64,000 nucleotides of DNA from Candidatus Dojkabacteria bacterium (GTDB lineage: Bacteria > Patescibacteriota > Dojkabacteria > SC72 > JAFGCJ01): the NCBI GenBank assembly GCA_016929645.1, contig JAFGIK010000028.1, positions 11,402 to 75,401 on the forward strand, given 5' to 3'. The position numbers were made by a program, and so were the translations under genes. This document shows, one piece after another, positions 60,598 to 64,000 of the stretch. Numbering within the stretch: the stretch's first letter is position 1; the number at the start of each line of letters is the position of its first letter. The notes beneath the pieces are model-generated. The model did not search any database, was not told the origin of the DNA, and worked only from the letters and a program-made list of their open reading frames with translations.

Positions 60598-62097
60598 ATG
60601 CTAAACCTAGAAAACCTTACATTTTCATACACAAATGATCCTATCCTTTCTGAGGTTAATGCTGTTATTGGTTCAAATCAAAAAGTAGGATTAATTGGAG
60701 TAAACGGCGCAGGAAAATCAACATTATTGAAGATAATCACAGGTTCACTTATTCCCGAGTCAGGGCAAGTCAAACTTCCTCCCAAATACGGATACATTTC
60801 TCAGGAGTTGAATAAGGATCTTGACGACAACAAATTCAAAACTATTTTAGATTTTGTTAATCAAGAACGAAAATTTGAAGCTTATGAGGTTGCTATTCTG
60901 CTTAACAAAATTGGAATGTCTGACAAACTCCCTGAAAGCGAATTTTATTCATTAAGTGGAGGACAAAAGACTAAAGTTGCTATTATAAAGCTGCTACTAG
61001 AGCAACCAGACCTATTAATCCTTGATGAACCAACGAACTTTCTAGATATTAATTCTGCAAATTGGCTCATGAACTATTTGTGTGATTTTAAGGGTGCAAT
61101 TTTAGTTGTTTCTCATGATCTGCGTTTAATGAATCGTGCAATTGACAAAATATGGTTTCTTAATGAATTTACTCACAAAATCGAACAGTATAAAGGAAAT
61201 TATGATCACTTTTTAATGATAAAAGAGGAAGAAGATAAAAGTCTTGTAAGGAAAATGAAAAAAGAGGCACGAGACTACCAACGATTACTGAGAATCGCCA
61301 AAAACTTAGCCAAGAATACTAAAACAGAATTGAAATCTAAATCTGCAAAATATAGAGAACAGGCAAAAGAATTTAAAGAGAATATGACCAAAAGACAAAA
61401 CAAATCGAGGAAAATTCGTATAAAAATCGATATCAAAAAGACTCCAGGATACAAGATAGTATCTGTTAAAAACGTATCAAGATCGTTTGATACTGATACT
61501 GGAAATAAACAAGTTCTTGTAGATATAAACTTTGAACTAAAGAGAAGAGACCGCCTTGTCGTAATCGGAAAAAACGGCGTAGGAAAGACAACTCTACTTA
61601 AGATAGTCAGCCAAAGACTTGAGGCAGAAAATGGTCCAGAGGGAAAGGCAGAAATTGAATTTGGATACAATGTAGACATTGGCTATTACAGCCAGGAATA
61701 CGAGAATATTGACCAATCACTAAGTGCTATAGATTTGGTTCCGGAACGAGATAAAGGACGTTTTAGAAGCTTTCTTGGTAATTTTTTATTTACTCGGGAC
61801 AAAGTTTTTCAGCAAATATCATCTCTTTCTGGAGGAGAAAAGACTAGACTCGCTTTAGCAAAAATGTTTTTTGAGGGACATAACTTTCTTTTACTGGATG
61901 AACCAACCACTTTTCTGGATCCGGCATCTCAAGAGGTTTTAATTGAATTCTTATCACAGTTTAATGAAACATTTATACTTGTCTCACATCACCCAGAATT
62001 AGTACAGGAAGTAAATCCGACTCACGCACTTTTATTACCAGAGGAAAACTTTGCAATATATGAAGAGTCAATGCTTGATAGGGTAACTGTTTATTGA
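60598..62097 (+). CDS. ABC-F family ATPase (tandem ABC domains, no TMD); likely a translation factor
   Basis: Two Walker A motifs (GVNGAGKST, GKNGVGKTT), two signature motifs (LSGGQKTK, LSGGEKTR) and a basic inter-domain linker. Confidence 0.8.
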   Translation: MLNLENLTFSYTNDPILSEVNAVIGSNQKVGLIGVNGAGKSTLLKIITGSLIPESGQVKLPPKYGYISQELNKDLDDNKFKTILDFVNQERKFEAYEVAILLNKIGMSDKLPESEFYSLSGGQKTKVAIIKLLLEQPDLLILDEPTNFLDINSANWLMNYLCDFKGAILVVSHDLRLMNRAIDKIWFLNEFTHKIEQYKGNYDHFLMIKEEEDKSLVRKMKKEARDYQRLLRIAKNLAKNTKTELKSKSAKYREQAKEFKENMTKRQNKSRKIRIKIDIKKTPGYKIVSVKNVSRSFDTDTGNKQVLVDINFELKRRDRLVVIGKNGVGKTTLLKIVSQRLEAENGPEGKAEIEFGYNVDIGYYSQEYENIDQSLSAIDLVPERDKGRFRSFLGNFLFTRDKVFQQISSLSGGEKTRLALAKMFFEGHNFLLLDEPTTFLDPASQEVLIEFLSQFNETFILVSHHPELVQEVNPTHALLLPEENFAIYEESMLDRVTVY

Positions 62098-62160
62098 TGC
62101 CAATGTAGTTAATAGACAGATATTCAAAAGAAACTAACTTTTAATAGAGATGAAATATTC

Positions 62161-62574
62161 ATGAAAACACTTACAAGAGAAGACATAAAAAATATATTTA
62201 AAAAAGTTAAAAAACTTAGAATACCAAAGGATTTACTATCTATAGATTTTGAAAAAATGAAATATTTCGCTTGGCTGGAGCCTTCATCTCAAGAGGTATT
62301 CATGATCTATGAATATAATGGTAAGCAGGAAGGCATTAAATGGGACACTACAAAAGCCTCAAAATCAAGCACAAAAATGGCATTTTGTGAGATTTGCAAA
62401 AAGCACAGAAGCAAAAACGAAATATTATTAATAACAGCCAAGACAAAAAACAAGCCTAAAGGTGTAAATTCACAAACAAGAGGAAACTTTATTTGTTCTG
62501 ATTTCGCTACGTGCAATGAAAGTATGGACGATCTCGATGGGATAAACAGTTTGTACGATTTAATATTCAAATAA
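62161..62574 (+). CDS. Hypothetical Cys4 protein (CEIC...CSDFATC)
   Basis: ORF track entry; a possible zinc-binding module next to the ABC-F gene. Confidence 0.3.
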   Translation: MKTLTREDIKNIFKKVKKLRIPKDLLSIDFEKMKYFAWLEPSSQEVFMIYEYNGKQEGIKWDTTKASKSSTKMAFCEICKKHRSKNEILLITAKTKNKPKGVNSQTRGNFICSDFATCNESMDDLDGINSLYDLIFK

Positions 62575-62581
62575 TGAGTAT

Positions 62582-63985
62582 TTAATCTTCATACAATAGC
62601 ATTACATCGTTATTTTTTAATGAAACAATAAAAGGAATGACAATCAACATCATGACTAAACCCTGAGGAAGAGTCCAAAAATAATGATCAAGAAAGAAAA
62701 TACATAAAACATAAGCAGATACAATTAATAGGTTAATAAAACTAATCTTTTGTGCTTTAAATCGCTCAATAGCAATTAATACTAATATGATAGATAAAAT
62801 GGCACTACCAATTATCCCATTTTCTACAAAAATCATCATAAAAACATTGTGTACCGGTTGAATAATCCTTACACCTTGAGCATTATAAACAGGAATATTA
62901 GATAGATATTTAACAAAGTTGCCCATACCAACTCCTGTAACAGAATTAGAACTTGCAATCTCAACGCTTTTCTCCATAAGCATTCGACGCTCAGTGACAC
63001 TTATATCCGTTTCAGATGATTGCTCAACCAGCCTATTCTTCAAAGCCCGAGCTAGATAATTATCGCTTTTCATAACCCACAAACCCAAACAAGCAATTGT
63101 AGTTAATGAAAAAATAATAAATCCTACAAAAATCTTTTTACTAAAATTTTTATAAAGAAAAATTATCATTCTTATGAAAATAACAGCAAATAATGCAAGC
63201 CAAGCAGTTCGAGACCAGGTCACAACAATACAGGTAATACAGAGCAGAAGCGAAATTGATAAAAATACTTTCAATAAATACTTTTTCTTTAATGTTTTCT
63301 CTTGGATAAGAGTCAATAGCCAATTAATAAGGATGAAACATATCAAAACAAGAAAACCACCTAAAATATTTGGATGTGGAAAAGTACCATACGATCTCAT
63401 CCGATAACCATCAGGAAGGTAAACAGCACTAGCATTAAATCCACCAACATGAACTCGAGATTCACCAAGAAAGAATAGACCTAACGGAGAATTTCGATAA
63501 AATTGTAGTAATCCGATAACCGCTTGTACAAGTCCAGAAAGGATTAATGAAATTTTCATGAAGCTCAGACCGAGTCTCGAGATAGACCGAGTCTCGACTT
63601 CATTAAATTTTAATAAATCAATCCACCAAATAATTCCAAGACCACAAACCAAGTACAACACAAATCTTGACGAAAAATAAAACACGATCCAATCTCTGAA
63701 AATCAAATTATGGATAATAAACCAGAATGAAATAGCTATTAATATAATTTTCTTTAATTTTTCATTAAAAACACCACAAAAAAAGAAAATTGAAATTAAT
63801 ACCAGACATAAAAAATCTACAATATTCACATAAAAATCAAGATAGTTAATGAAAAAACCATGCTGCAAAGTAAACCCAGAATAAAAATGGAAAACCCTAT
63901 TAAAAGGAAATAAAAACAAAAGACTGCAAATCAACAACAATGTAAGTTTTTCTCTAATGAAATTCTTATTTTTCAGAAGTGGCAA
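62582..63985 (-). CDS. O-antigen ligase (Wzy_C)-like polytopic membrane protein; contains an in-frame palindromic repeat
   Basis: About 10 to 12 TM helices, a periplasmic loop with RMRSYGTFPHPNILGG and SRTAWLALF typical of the Wzy_C family. Confidence 0.5.
   Translation of the reverse strand: MPLLKNKNFIREKLTLLLICSLLFLFPFNRVFHFYSGFTLQHGFFINYLDFYVNIVDFLCLVLISIFFFCGVFNEKLKKIILIAISFWFIIHNLIFRDWIVFYFSSRFVLYLVCGLGIIWWIDLLKFNEVETRSISRLGLSFMKISLILSGLVQAVIGLLQFYRNSPLGLFFLGESRVHVGGFNASAVYLPDGYRMRSYGTFPHPNILGGFLVLICFILINWLLTLIQEKTLKKKYLLKVFLSISLLLCITCIVVTWSRTAWLALFAVIFIRMIIFLYKNFSKKIFVGFIIFSLTTIACLGLWVMKSDNYLARALKNRLVEQSSETDISVTERRMLMEKSVEIASSNSVTGVGMGNFVKYLSNIPVYNAQGVRIIQPVHNVFMMIFVENGIIGSAILSIILVLIAIERFKAQKISFINLLIVSAYVLCIFFLDHYFWTLPQGLVMMLIVIPFIVSLKNNDVMLLYED
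63550..63612. repeat. Palindromic repeat element, copy B, with a tandemly duplicated core (GACCGAGTCTCGA x2)
   Basis: AAATTTTCATGAAG-CTCAGACCGAGTCTCGAGATAGACCGAGTCTCGA-CTTCATTAAATTTTA. It shares arms and core with copy A. Confidence 0.7.
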
Positions 63986-64000
63986 ATCCGGTCAAAATTT

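Noticed and set aside
1-64000. CRISPR arrays, rRNA or tRNA genes
   Set aside because: No regularly spaced direct repeats and no tRNA-like GGTTCGAATCC-type T-arms other than the tmRNA 3' end. Intergenic regions were read by eye only.
1-64000. Alternative genetic code (UGA or UAA recoding, as in some CPR lineages)
   Set aside because: Very long conserved genes (rpoB, rpoC, ftsK, metG, valS) read through cleanly with the standard code. The single in-frame TAA in the GNAT gene is more parsimoniously a pseudogene or an error.

Overview
This is an AT-rich (roughly one-third GC by eye) bacterial chromosomal segment read with the standard genetic code. The gene content and style are typical of a reduced-genome monoderm such as a Patescibacteria/CPR-like organism: type IV pilus, membrane-anchored nuclease, and extended RpsL and RpoC. 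That placement is an inference, since no rRNA lies in the window. Housekeeping content includes the hrcA-grpE-dnaK operon with a degenerate CIRCE operator; on the minus strand, rpoB-rpoC-rpsL-rpsG, with ctc/bL25 divergent on the plus strand; ftsK, rodZ-like, dnaG, rsmA, rpoD, metG, valS and an ABC-F ATPase. There is an envelope-polysaccharide cluster (MraY/WecA-like, PEGA, large Rossmann+TM protein, CapA-like) and a pilN/pilO-like cluster. A clear tmRNA (ssrA) with an extended -10 promoter is followed by a GIY-YIG gene and about 17 kb of accessory-looking genes. Five things stand out. (1) A Met-codon-rich leader peptide (MMVMMMQNL) with a terminator/antiterminator sits upstream of metG. (2) metG is fused to a PheT-like tRNA_bind + B3/4 module. 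(3) A T-box leader lies upstream of valS. (4) A GC-cored palindromic repeat family has two full and two partial copies, three of them in-frame inside genes. (5) A higher-GC MFS transporter gene is preceded by a leader-ORF attenuator. No CRISPR array, rRNA or tRNA was found.
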